Counted from the first letter of the stretch, positions 8,879-17,417 are shown. The stretch is 25,134 bases of DNA from an uncultured archaeon (GCA_964645535.1 CAZYCQ010000049.1:1-25134); one strand, 5' to 3'. Program-made: numbers and translations. The notes: a model not told the origin generated them from the sequence alone.

Positions 8879-9463
8879 TTAGCCGAAACCCAACAATGAA
8901 AGCAAGCCATAACGATTACCAGTAACAAGGATCGCGACTGCTTGAACAACAGTGAGCAAGGAAAAGAGGAGAACCAGCAACCCCCAACCCAAAATGAAGA
9001 GAAATGCATCCAATGCCTGCTCAGCCATGAAAGTCATGAGAAAGAGGATCAGAATGATCACCCCAATCACAATGAGGATGGTCTGGAGTGGAATGCCAGA
9101 GATCAATTCAGACTGTTCCCTTACCTGCAATACCAAGACGAAGAGTATCACGCCTATTAGCGATACAATCGTGAATGCAGCAGGCATCTTTTCAAAAGGA
9201 CGTGCATTCATCGATAGACCTGTTAGGAACATCAGAAGTAGAGTATAGTTTGAGTAAATGCCATCGGTGTCGATTACAAAGACCATTGCAATAGGAAGAA
9301 CAAGAAGGACAAGCCCTCCAAAAAATGAGAGAACTTGAAGCATCTTGCTTTCTTCTTCCCTCTTCTTCAAGATCCTGTCTACACCGAGGGCAACTCCAAG
9401 AATACCGATTAGTATCATGATGTAAGGGTAGAAGTTACCCAAAATTTCTGCTGTTGTAGCCAT
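8879..9463 (-). CDS. Hypothetical polytopic membrane protein (~6 TM)
   Basis: About six hydrophobic segments with short loops; lies 63 bp downstream of the 725-aa gene on the same strand. Confidence 0.8.
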   Translation of the reverse strand: MATTAEILGNFYPYIMILIGILGVALGVDRILKKREEESKMLQVLSFFGGLVLLVLPIAMVFVIDTDGIYSNYTLLLMFLTGLSMNARPFEKMPAAFTIVSLIGVILFVLVLQVREQSELISGIPLQTILIVIGVIILILFLMTFMAEQALDAFLFILGWGLLVLLFSLLTVVQAVAILVTGNRYGLLSLLGFG

Positions 9464-9526
9464 ATTATCCTTAAATTTTCTTTAAGTTCAATAATCTTTT
9501 GGGGATTGGATGGGAAATTTGAATGA

Positions 9527-11704
9527 TTATCCTTGAGCTAATACTTGTGCGTCCCTTGGATTATATGTACCTTCACCGACAATAGTGTAGACAACCTTCA
9601 CCTCTTCATTGGGACCAACATTCTCGAAAGTCCACATTTTCTCCACGCCTTCATCGGAAACCTGCACATCTTCTGCTTTTACTGGAGGTTCTTCATGCGT
9701 TTCCCCGACTAACCGAAAACCTTTAGGAATAAGATCTTTCAGTGTGAAGGTAACTGGCTTGTTGCCAAAATTCTCTCCAAAGAGGGTGATCTGGTAACCT
9801 TTGCCCTCAGGAGTGGTTGTCGCAAGCAATTCTTTTGCCACATCAATAGCAATTCTTTCATGAACAACCTCAACACCCTGAATCTCATCGTCTGCAACAC
9901 TTACCACTTTTTGGTCAGGATTGGCATAAACATAACCTTCAGCAACAACAGCTCCTTTCAGGATTCCTGCATCCTTCGTTGGACGAATTACGGTCACTGG
10001 ATATGAGAATTCCAATCTGTCATTTTCCTTGAAGCCTTGGATTAAGTCATTGGATTCTAGATGTTCGAATTTGAATACCAAATAGCGGGGGTGGGATAAA
10101 TCCTCATTTCCAATTGCGTCACCCTCAATAACAAACCCTTCCTCTAGTTTCTGTCCATTGAAAAGAATTTCAATTTCTTCAGGCTTGGGGGCTTCAAATC
10201 CCTCAGGGATTGTATCCTTGACCTCTACTGCCTCCAAAGGGTAGGTTCCGACACCAATGACTTCGATCTTTGTGGGAATGGGAGTGCGTGTGTAGGATGG
10301 AACCTTATCGATTCCATAATTTTTGGTCACGGCAATGGCCATGAATTTGAGTTTTTCAGCAGGAATTGTTAACTCTGTATGAGTATAGACTTTTGCCTGA
10401 TGTTGAACAGTGAAATCAACAATTCTTCCGAAAGTTGGAGCACCCTCGCCATCGTATTCAAACGCAAATTCGAATGCAACCTTTTCCCCAGGTTGAACTT
10501 CTCTTTCCTCTTCAGTTCCTGCTCTTCCATCCCAATCCAGAACAAGGGTTTGGTTGGCAATATCCCCTTCAAAAACCTTCAATGTGTTTAGGTCATATGG
10601 GAATTCGGATCGGTTTTCGAAATAAACAACACAGTCATATACCCCAGGTTCCTCTTCCCGTTCAACTCGTCTTAAGCTTTGACGATGGTTGGAAACACCA
10701 TCAATCCCTACAAAGTTTAAACCGGAAAAGAGTTTTCCAGGAGAATCATAGGAAATGATAATTTGACCAGCTTCATAGGATTCTTGACTTTCTGGCACCG
10801 TTCCCACTAAGTCGATCTTTAAAGTAACAGTTTCGTTAGGTTCCATACTTCCTACAGTCAGAATGACCTTGTCTTCTTCAGCACTTACCTCACCTTTCGA
10901 GGAAGTTGCTTCATGGACTCTCCCATTTGGGCTGACAAATTTTACAATTCGGACATTTTCAATCGGTGAATCAGTAGTATTGGTAATCTCAATTTCATTG
11001 ACAAATTCAAGTTCATCCTTTCCCAAAAAATTGGGAAGAAGATTGGTTTGGGGGTCATAATATCTTACTCTTACTGAAATCGGCTCTTCAGGAGTTGTAA
11101 AGGAATAATGCTTTTTCCATGTTTCCCGAGGGTCAAGATCCACAATTGACATGGTTGAAGCAAATGGAGGCTCATCATCTTTTTGATTGACCCCCTCATA
11201 TCCTTCGATTTTTAAGTCGATACCGAAAATGCGATCCTTTGAACCGTTATTAAGGACAACCAATTCACCTTCACATTCACTTTTCTCTTGAAGGGTGCCG
11301 TTGGAATCTAAAACCATCTTTTCAGTTTCTTTGATTTCAACAACCAGACCTTGTCCTTCATATTTTTCATCAATTGCTTGCTCTTCTTCGATGGAAAGCG
11401 AGGATTCAACATCATATTCGCCAGCCTCTAAGGAAGTATCACCTACTGTATCATCAAAAGCGGTACCTTCAGTTCCCCCTTCAGTCTGCACGGCAGGTTC
11501 TGGTTCGGGTTTTTTCTGTAATTCGTTCAAGCTTTTTTCTGCCTCTTTTCGGACACCTCTATCTTTGTCTTGAGTAAGTTCTTCAAGAACTGAAACTACT
11601 TCCGGATATCTGAAATCCAATTTCCGGAATTCCTCTGCCGCCCGCTTTCTTTCTTTCTTGTCTTGGGATCTGGCCATGTCAAGTAATCTTTGTATGTCAG
11701 TCAT
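9527..11704 (-). CDS. Cytoplasmic multidomain protein: 2 HEAT repeats, acidic linker, mu-homology-domain-like region, Ig-like (DUF11-like) beta-sandwiches
   Basis: HEAT repeats at aa 1-63 (LLDMARSQDKKERKRAAEEF; LEELTQDKDRGVRKEAEKSL), acidic linker at aa ~65-117, then all-beta with KDTIPEGF and KDLIPKGF motifs. No signal peptide or TM. GAGGTGA SD upstream. The CDS is secure; the MHD call is inference. Confidence 0.85.
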   Translation of the reverse strand: MTDIQRLLDMARSQDKKERKRAAEEFRKLDFRYPEVVSVLEELTQDKDRGVRKEAEKSLNELQKKPEPEPAVQTEGGTEGTAFDDTVGDTSLEAGEYDVESSLSIEEEQAIDEKYEGQGLVVEIKETEKMVLDSNGTLQEKSECEGELVVLNNGSKDRIFGIDLKIEGYEGVNQKDDEPPFASTMSIVDLDPRETWKKHYSFTTPEEPISVRVRYYDPQTNLLPNFLGKDELEFVNEIEITNTTDSPIENVRIVKFVSPNGRVHEATSSKGEVSAEEDKVILTVGSMEPNETVTLKIDLVGTVPESQESYEAGQIIISYDSPGKLFSGLNFVGIDGVSNHRQSLRRVEREEEPGVYDCVVYFENRSEFPYDLNTLKVFEGDIANQTLVLDWDGRAGTEEEREVQPGEKVAFEFAFEYDGEGAPTFGRIVDFTVQHQAKVYTHTELTIPAEKLKFMAIAVTKNYGIDKVPSYTRTPIPTKIEVIGVGTYPLEAVEVKDTIPEGFEAPKPEEIEILFNGQKLEEGFVIEGDAIGNEDLSHPRYLVFKFEHLESNDLIQGFKENDRLEFSYPVTVIRPTKDAGILKGAVVAEGYVYANPDQKVVSVADDEIQGVEVVHERIAIDVAKELLATTTPEGKGYQITLFGENFGNKPVTFTLKDLIPKGFRLVGETHEEPPVKAEDVQVSDEGVEKMWTFENVGPNEEVKVVYTIVGEGTYNPRDAQVLAQG

Positions 11705-11877
11705 TCATTCACCTCTTTGAATCAAAACATGAATGCTCTTTAATTTTTAGAACCTTTTGCAGGACAGTATCAGTGTAAGCACAATGATTTTTGTTTTTTG
11801 AATCAGCAAAAGCTGTTCAATTATTTTTCCCGAAGTCAATGGTATTAAATCCTTCCAATTTGGTTACAAATAAGGCA

Positions 11878-13095
11878 ATGTCGAACGAGGAAGGAAAACA
11901 AGGACAGAGGATGTTAGAAGATCAAGAAATAAAGCCGAGAATTTCTTTACTTAGAGGCGATGAAAAAATTGAGACTGACAAATTCCTGCCGGGTGATTTA
12001 TTGACATTGGAAATTGCAAATGTAGGAGAATGGAAATCCACCGTTGTTTTGATGAAAGATGCATTACAAGAAAACAGGTACAAGGCAAGACGAAGAGGAA
12101 AAATAGTGGTCTTTGGAACAAAGCTTCAAAAAACCAAAAGGTTTGGTAAGTGGACGTTTCATATAGAAGCGCCTCTTCCAAATGGGGAAATCGCCTATCT
12201 TGAAAAAGGATTCCATGTGGTTGAAAAACTTCCAAAAGAAAAAGCAGTGGTAGAAACCGCCATTCAAGAAAAAGGAGAGCTCTTGACAGAAGTACCTGGG
12301 ATTGGACCTACTTATTTCAAACGGCTAAAAAATGAAAACATTGTCTTCTTCGCGGATTTGCTCCATTCAGATCCAGAGAAAGTTAAGGAAATAACCAAAG
12401 CATCAATTGGAAAGGTAAGGGATTGGTTTCTTTTTGTCTCGAATTCCTTGGGGGTGGATTATTCATTTACCGAAAAACAAAAGGAAGAAGGAAAGACACC
12501 CACATTGACCAACCTAACCGGAATTGGAGCAAAAACTGCAGAAAAGTTGAATGGACTAGGTATTTCATCGATCTCAGATTTGGCAAATGCCCCCCTTGAG
12601 AAATTACTCAACAGTTTTGGAAGAACAAAGTCCATAAAGTTCATCAATTCGGCAAGAGATTTCATGGGCATGGAAAGGTTGGAAATCAAAGGGATCGACA
12701 AAATAGAAAAACCAATGTCTTCTTTAACCATGGTTAAAGGAATTGGACCGACCTACCAAAAACGGTTGGAGGATCAAGGAATAGGTTCTATTGAAGACCT
12801 TATCAAAAAATCGCCCGAGCAGCTTGCAAATGTTCTGAAATGCAGTTTGAAAAAAGCAGTTCAGATTTTGGATTATGCCTCGTCCCTATCCCAAGGGAAA
12901 TTTCAGAAGGAAGATCAACCCTTAGATCGATTGACAAAAGTTCCGGGAATTGGACCAACTTATGCCAAGAGATTAATAGAAAAAGGGATCACTACATACG
13001 AGGAAATTCTAAAAGCAGATGAGGTATTGCTGAAGGATATAACAAAAGCTTCTCTGAAGAAAATTAAGGAATGGAAGGATTACTTGAGGAGGTAA
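11878..13095 (+). CDS. Protein with N-terminal beta-rich domain and four (HhH)2 repeats (HHH_5/DUF4332-like)
   Basis: Four repeats of LTx[VL]xGIGxxxxx[RK]L: LTEVPGIGPTY, LTNLTGIGAKT, LTMVKGIGPTY and LTKVPGIGPTY. Start moved to ATG 11878 because TATTAAAT lies at 11843-11850. Confidence 0.85.
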   Translation: MSNEEGKQGQRMLEDQEIKPRISLLRGDEKIETDKFLPGDLLTLEIANVGEWKSTVVLMKDALQENRYKARRRGKIVVFGTKLQKTKRFGKWTFHIEAPLPNGEIAYLEKGFHVVEKLPKEKAVVETAIQEKGELLTEVPGIGPTYFKRLKNENIVFFADLLHSDPEKVKEITKASIGKVRDWFLFVSNSLGVDYSFTEKQKEEGKTPTLTNLTGIGAKTAEKLNGLGISSISDLANAPLEKLLNSFGRTKSIKFINSARDFMGMERLEIKGIDKIEKPMSSLTMVKGIGPTYQKRLEDQGIGSIEDLIKKSPEQLANVLKCSLKKAVQILDYASSLSQGKFQKEDQPLDRLTKVPGIGPTYAKRLIEKGITTYEEILKADEVLLKDITKASLKKIKEWKDYLRR

Positions 13096-13101
13096 GAGAA
13101 A

Positions 13102-13338
13102 ATGATTTCGGAAGATATGCTTTTCTATGGAACATTTGTAGTTGTTTTTCTTATTTTTCTCCCATTTATAGCTCAGGCAGTCAGAGTCGCGGTCTATACA
13201 TGGGATCATCGTGAGGAAATATCAAAGGAAAGGAAAAAAGAAGTATTTCTAAATACACCCCTAATGATTTTGATTGCATATTTTTTTGTGAATTGGTTGG
13301 TATTTCTCTTATTTCAATTGCTAAAATCAGCATTTTAG
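13102..13338 (+). CDS. Small 2-TM membrane protein
   Basis: Two hydrophobic helices flank a charged loop. GGAGGT SD; starts 6 bp after the HhH gene stop. Confidence 0.7.
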   Translation: MISEDMLFYGTFVVVFLIFLPFIAQAVRVAVYTWDHREEISKERKKEVFLNTPLMILIAYFFVNWLVFLLFQLLKSAF

Positions 13339-14090
13339 GCGGTCACTTCAGACACAAGTGCCTCATAACCTTTTTCTTCAAGCTGTTGGGCTAATTCTGG
13401 ACCACCTTGCCTGACAATCTTGCCTTGGTGCATCAGATAGACAACATCGGGTTTTGTATGGGTCAACAATCTGTTGTAGTGGGTAATCAGAAGGAAACCA
13501 GTTCCACTTTCCTCCTTCTCCTTAATTATTGCATCCGCCACGGCACGGAGAGCATCAATATCCAATCCGCTGTCAATTTCATCAAGAACAGCAATTTGTG
13601 GTTTCAGATTTTTCAATTGGATAATCTCAGCCTTTTTTCTTTCACCACCGGAAGCATTCTCATTTACACCTCTTGAAATAAAGCTTTCCTCAAGACCAAG
13701 TTCCTTGAGTTCACTCTTAAGCCGGCGGTGGAACTTGATTGGGTTTTCCAATTTTTGATCTGGGTTTTTCAGGTGCAATGCGGTACGCAAAAAGTTGGAA
13801 AGAGTAACACCCTCTATTGCGATTGGACTTTGAAAACCCAAAAAGAGACCCATTCGAGCTCGTTCATCAGTCGATTTTTCCAAGATACTTTCACCATTAA
13901 ACAGGATGTCACCTTTAGTGACTTCGTAATCAGGATGTCCGAAAATTGTCTTTGCAAGGGTGGATTTTCCAGAGCCATTTCGTCCCATTATCCCTGCAAT
14001 CTGTCCAGATTCGATTTTCAGGTTTACTCCATGGAGGATTTCTTGATCCTCAACAGACACATGTAGATCTTTAATTTCAAGTGTAGCCAT
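13335..14090 (-). CDS. sufC: Fe-S cluster assembly ATPase SufC
   Basis: Walker A GRNGSGKST, FQSP Q-loop, SGGE signature, Walker B AVLDEIDSGLD and ITHY. Start placed at ATG 14090 after an AGGTGA SD. Confidence 0.96.
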   Translation of the reverse strand: MATLEIKDLHVSVEDQEILHGVNLKIESGQIAGIMGRNGSGKSTLAKTIFGHPDYEVTKGDILFNGESILEKSTDERARMGLFLGFQSPIAIEGVTLSNFLRTALHLKNPDQKLENPIKFHRRLKSELKELGLEESFISRGVNENASGGERKKAEIIQLKNLKPQIAVLDEIDSGLDIDALRAVADAIIKEKEESGTGFLLITHYNRLLTHTKPDVVYLMHQGKIVRQGGPELAQQLEEKGYEALVSEVTA

Positions 14091-14091
14091 A

Positions 14092-14481
14092 TTATTCACC
14101 TTTGTTATTTTCCCCTTTGTACTTCAAGATTGCCGCTTGGAGAACCTTGAGTCCAAGCAGTGCACATTTGAGCCTCACTGGACTTAAAGGAACTCCAATA
14201 AGCTCCCTAATTTCCTCCGACCCCATTTCTTCTACTTCATCAATATTCATTCCTTCGACGGTCTCAGTCAGCATTGAAGCAGATGCTTGACTGATAGCGC
14301 ATCCAGTCCCTTTAAAAGTAGCCCTCTCAATTGTTCCGTCTTCCTTGATTTTTACCCAGAAATGTATTTCGTCTCCACAGACAGGATTTGAATCATGGAA
14401 TTCAGCGGAAGCATTTTCCATTTCCTCGTGATTGAGCGGATTTTTGTAGTGTTCGAGGATGTTTTCACGGTAGATGTTCAT
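14092..14481 (-). CDS. sufU: SufU/IscU-type Fe-S assembly protein (short form)
   Basis: YRENILEHYKNP, NPVCGD, GCAISQASAS and RLKCA (three Cys plus Asp). GAGGTGG SD. Confidence 0.92.
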   Translation of the reverse strand: MNIYRENILEHYKNPLNHEEMENASAEFHDSNPVCGDEIHFWVKIKEDGTIERATFKGTGCAISQASASMLTETVEGMNIDEVEEMGSEEIRELIGVPLSPVRLKCALLGLKVLQAAILKYKGENNKGE

Positions 14482-14490
14482 TTTGCCACC

Positions 14491-15729
14491 TCAATTGAAT
14501 ATCGTTTTGATTTGTTTAAGGACTTCGATTGTTCGATCAACCTCTTCAAAAGTATTGTATATGTAAAATGAAATCCTATTGGTGGCAGGAATTTGCATTG
14601 CTTTCATCAGTGGTTGGGCACAATGGTGACCTGCCCTTATTGCAATTCCATTTTCATCAAGCAATGTTGAGACATCATGTGGATGAATCAATTGTCCTGA
14701 ATCATTATAAACATTAAAGCTTACCACGCCACCGCGTTTTTCAGCAGGTGGACCATATACCTTTATGAAATCGAGTTCCTCAAACCTTTCAAGGGTATAG
14801 CGAGTAAGTTCATATTCAATTTGATGAACTTTGTCCATACCAATGTTTTGGAGGTATTCTACAGCAACTCCTAATCCGATACCTCCACCTACATTTGGAG
14901 TTCCGGCTTCAAATTTCCAAGGGAGGTCATTCCACGTTGCATTTTCGTAATCGACTTGACGGATCATTTCTCCTCCATAAAGCAGAGGTTCAAATTCTGT
15001 CAGAACTTCCTCTTTCCCTATTAATCCACCAATTCCCATTGGTGCGAGCATTTTGTGACCACTGAAAGAAAGAAAATCGATACCTAGACCCTTGAAATCA
15101 ACTTTAAGATGGGGAACGGATTGTGCTCCATCCACCAACACAAGGGATCCATGTTCTTTCGCGATTTGGGTAATTTCCTTGACGGGGTTGACAGTTCCCA
15201 AAACGTTACTCATGTGGGGGACAGAGACAAGTTTGGTTTTGTCAGTAATCACCTCTTCAGCAGAATTGAGATCCAAAGTCTCAAAGGATTCAAGTTCAAT
15301 GAATTTCAGGGTGGCTCCCGTTTTCTTTGCCGCTATTTGGAAAGGCACAAGGTTGGAATGATGTTCCATTCTAGTTACAACGATTTCATCACCTTTTTGG
15401 AGGAGTGTTTCCAAGCCATGTGCAACCAGATTCAATCCTTCTGTTGTATTTTTGGTGAAAACAACCTCATCGAATTTGGAATTAAGAAATTTTGCAACCT
15501 TTAGGTGTGCTTCTTCATATTTTTCAGAAGCAAGTTCACTGAGAGCATGGATCCCCCGATGGACATTGGCATTATAGTTCAAGTAATAATCAGAAATTGC
15601 GTCGATAACTTGTTTAGGTTTTTGTGTAGTCGCTGCATTATCCAAGTAGATTAGGGGAACGCCTTTCCTGACCTTGACTTGCAAAATTGGAAAATCTTTT
15701 CTGATTGTTTCAATGAACATTTGATCCAT
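14491..15729 (-). CDS. sufS: Cysteine desulfurase SufS (group II)
   Basis: YLDNAATTQKP, EHHSN, DGAQS, SGHKM (PLP lysine), FEAGTP and RAGHHCAQP. Confidence 0.97.
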   Translation of the reverse strand: MDQMFIETIRKDFPILQVKVRKGVPLIYLDNAATTQKPKQVIDAISDYYLNYNANVHRGIHALSELASEKYEEAHLKVAKFLNSKFDEVVFTKNTTEGLNLVAHGLETLLQKGDEIVVTRMEHHSNLVPFQIAAKKTGATLKFIELESFETLDLNSAEEVITDKTKLVSVPHMSNVLGTVNPVKEITQIAKEHGSLVLVDGAQSVPHLKVDFKGLGIDFLSFSGHKMLAPMGIGGLIGKEEVLTEFEPLLYGGEMIRQVDYENATWNDLPWKFEAGTPNVGGGIGLGVAVEYLQNIGMDKVHQIEYELTRYTLERFEELDFIKVYGPPAEKRGGVVSFNVYNDSGQLIHPHDVSTLLDENGIAIRAGHHCAQPLMKAMQIPATNRISFYIYNTFEEVDRTIEVLKQIKTIFN

Positions 15730-15882
15730 TTGGTGCCACCATAGTATTATTGAATCGACCCTTTTTATGGAAGGCGGAATAGAACAGCCCTAAGGTCAAT
15801 TCTTGATCTAAGTTTTAGTTTCTTTTTATATAATGGAATAGATAAGTCAAATTATCTTGACGAACTGATAGTTTTAGTTATC

Positions 15883-17289
15883 TTAACCGATTGCACCATA
15901 TTCTGCCATATCAAGTTCAATAAGACGGTTGAGTTCGACAGCATATTCCATTGGAAGTTCTTTGGCGAAAGGTTCAAAGAAACCCATACAGATAAGAGCC
16001 AATGCTTCATTTTCAGGCAATCCACGGCTCATAAGGTAGAACATCGTCTCCTTTCCAATCTTACCAACAGTTGCCTCATGCGTGATTGTGGCATCGTCAC
16101 GTTGGATTTCCTGATATGGAATGGTATCGCTTTTCGATTCATCATCCAAGAGAAGGGCATCACAAATCACATTGGAGACTACATTCTTTGCATTTGGAGC
16201 CACCTTTATCAATCCACGATAGGTGGTTTTACCATCGCCTCGAGATATGCTTTTGGCAGTTATCCGAGACTGCGTATTTGGTGCAAGATGCAAGATTTTC
16301 GCACCAGTATCCTGGTGTTGACCAAAGGACGCATAGGCAACTGAGAGCACTTCTCCTTTAGCGCCTTCACCCATCAGATAAATTGAAGGATATTTCATGG
16401 TAAGCTTTGAACCGATGTTACCATCTACCCACTCTACCAAGGCATTTTTGTAAGCAAAGGCACGCTTGGTGACAAGATTATACACGTTGTTGCTCCAATT
16501 CTGAATGGTGGTGTACCGGATCCGAGCACCCTCAAGGGCAATAAGCTCCACAACTGCTGCATGCAATGAATCGCTGGAATAGGTCGGGGCAGTGCAACCT
16601 TCGATATAATGGACATCCGAACCTTCTTCGGCAATTATGAGAGTTCTTTCGAACTGACCGACATTCTTGGCATTGATTCTGAAATAGGCCTGTAAAGGTT
16701 GATCAACTTTTACACCTTTGGGAATGACAATGAATGAACCACCAGACCAAACTGCTGAGTTCAAGGCGGCAAATTTGTTGTCTTCGGGGGGAATGATCTT
16801 CCCAAAGTACTTTTCAAAATATTCGGGATATTGTTTTAGACCTTCGTCTGTCGAGAGAAAGATCACACCCTGTGCTTCAAGCTCTTCCTTGAGACTGTGA
16901 TAGACGGTTTCAGAATCGTATTGGGCACCGACGCCACCAAGGAATTTTCTTTCCGCTTCGGGAATGCCCAACTTCTCATAAGTATTCTTTATTTCCTCAG
17001 GAACATCATCCCAAGTTTTTTCGGGCTTATCCCAATACCTAGCGTAATACCGAATTTTCTGAAAATCAATGGTTTTGAGTAATGGATCTCCCCATTTTGG
17101 TAGGGGCATCTTGTTGAATAGATCCAACGCTTTCAGTCTGAAATCAAGCATCCATTTCGGTTCATTCTTCAGTTTTGAGATTTGCCTGACAACATTCTCA
17201 TCAAGTCCAAAATCGGTAGCAGCGGTGAATTTCTCAGGATCTGCCCAACCGGCCTTGTAGTCAAATTCTAGCTCTGGATTGGTTGTCAT
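15883..17289 (-). CDS. sufB: Fe-S cluster scaffold SufB
   Basis: [34 protein letters not shown] and HEATV. No intein. Start placed at ATG 17289 (MTTNPEL), ~30 bp from a TATA-like box. Confidence 0.97.
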   Translation of the reverse strand: MTTNPELEFDYKAGWADPEKFTAATDFGLDENVVRQISKLKNEPKWMLDFRLKALDLFNKMPLPKWGDPLLKTIDFQKIRYYARYWDKPEKTWDDVPEEIKNTYEKLGIPEAERKFLGGVGAQYDSETVYHSLKEELEAQGVIFLSTDEGLKQYPEYFEKYFGKIIPPEDNKFAALNSAVWSGGSFIVIPKGVKVDQPLQAYFRINAKNVGQFERTLIIAEEGSDVHYIEGCTAPTYSSDSLHAAVVELIALEGARIRYTTIQNWSNNVYNLVTKRAFAYKNALVEWVDGNIGSKLTMKYPSIYLMGEGAKGEVLSVAYASFGQHQDTGAKILHLAPNTQSRITAKSISRGDGKTTYRGLIKVAPNAKNVVSNVICDALLLDDESKSDTIPYQEIQRDDATITHEATVGKIGKETMFYLMSRGLPENEALALICMGFFEPFAKELPMEYAVELNRLIELDMAEYGAIG

Positions 17290-17318
17290 AGCCTTTCTAT
17301 ACAAAAATATACTTCAAT

Positions 17319-17326
17319 TAATATAA
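17319..17326 (-). promoter_or_regulatory. Putative TATA box of sufB (TTTATATT)
   Basis: Minus-strand TTTATATT ~30 bp upstream of ATG 17289. Confidence 0.5.
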
Positions 17327-17384
17327 ACAAACCTATAGTGAGAATTGTCAAATTTGGTGAAATACATTAGATCAATGAAAAATT

Positions 17385-17403
17385 TATGATTAGCCTTACC
17401 TAT
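17385..17403. promoter_or_regulatory. DtxR/IdeR-like metal-responsive operator
   Basis: TATGATTAGCCTTACCTAT matches TWAGGTWAGSCTWACCTWA at 16 of 19 positions and lies between divergent sufB and sufD. Confidence 0.6.
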
Positions 17404-17409
17404 CTTTAC

Positions 17410-17417
17410 TTTTAATA
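17410..17417 (+). promoter_or_regulatory. Putative TATA box of sufD (TTTTAATA)
   Basis: 30 bp upstream of ATG 17448; no SD. Confidence 0.5.

Noticed and set aside
9527-11704. S-layer or secreted adhesin interpretation of the Ig-rich protein
   Set aside because: No signal peptide, lipobox or TM anchor; the N-terminus is a charged HEAT pair.
11791-11877. TTG-start N-terminal extension of the HhH protein
   Set aside because: It covers the dyad and the TATA box; ATG 11878 fits the promoter spacing better.
12280-13000. Recurring ggaattggacc-like DNA repeats as a CRISPR or mobile repeat
   Set aside because: They are in frame, irregularly spaced and explained by the GIGPT protein repeats.
15841-15856. 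GATAAG...ATTATC as a Fur box
   Set aside because: The element is 16 bp rather than the 19-bp GATAATGATAATCATTATC; kept only as an unassigned dyad.
15883-17289. Intein in SufB
   Set aside because: Length (468 aa) is normal and no splicing or homing-endonuclease motifs are present.
17290-17304. Track start for sufB (TTG 17304), and likewise GTG 14099 for sufC
   Set aside because: Downstream ATGs fit better: TATA spacing for sufB (17289); for sufC the GTG is part of the SD itself (ATG 14090).
17343-17363. AATTGTCAAATTTGGTGAAAT as a SufR-like operator
   Set aside because: Dyad symmetry is poor, the context is AT-rich and no sufR is in the window.
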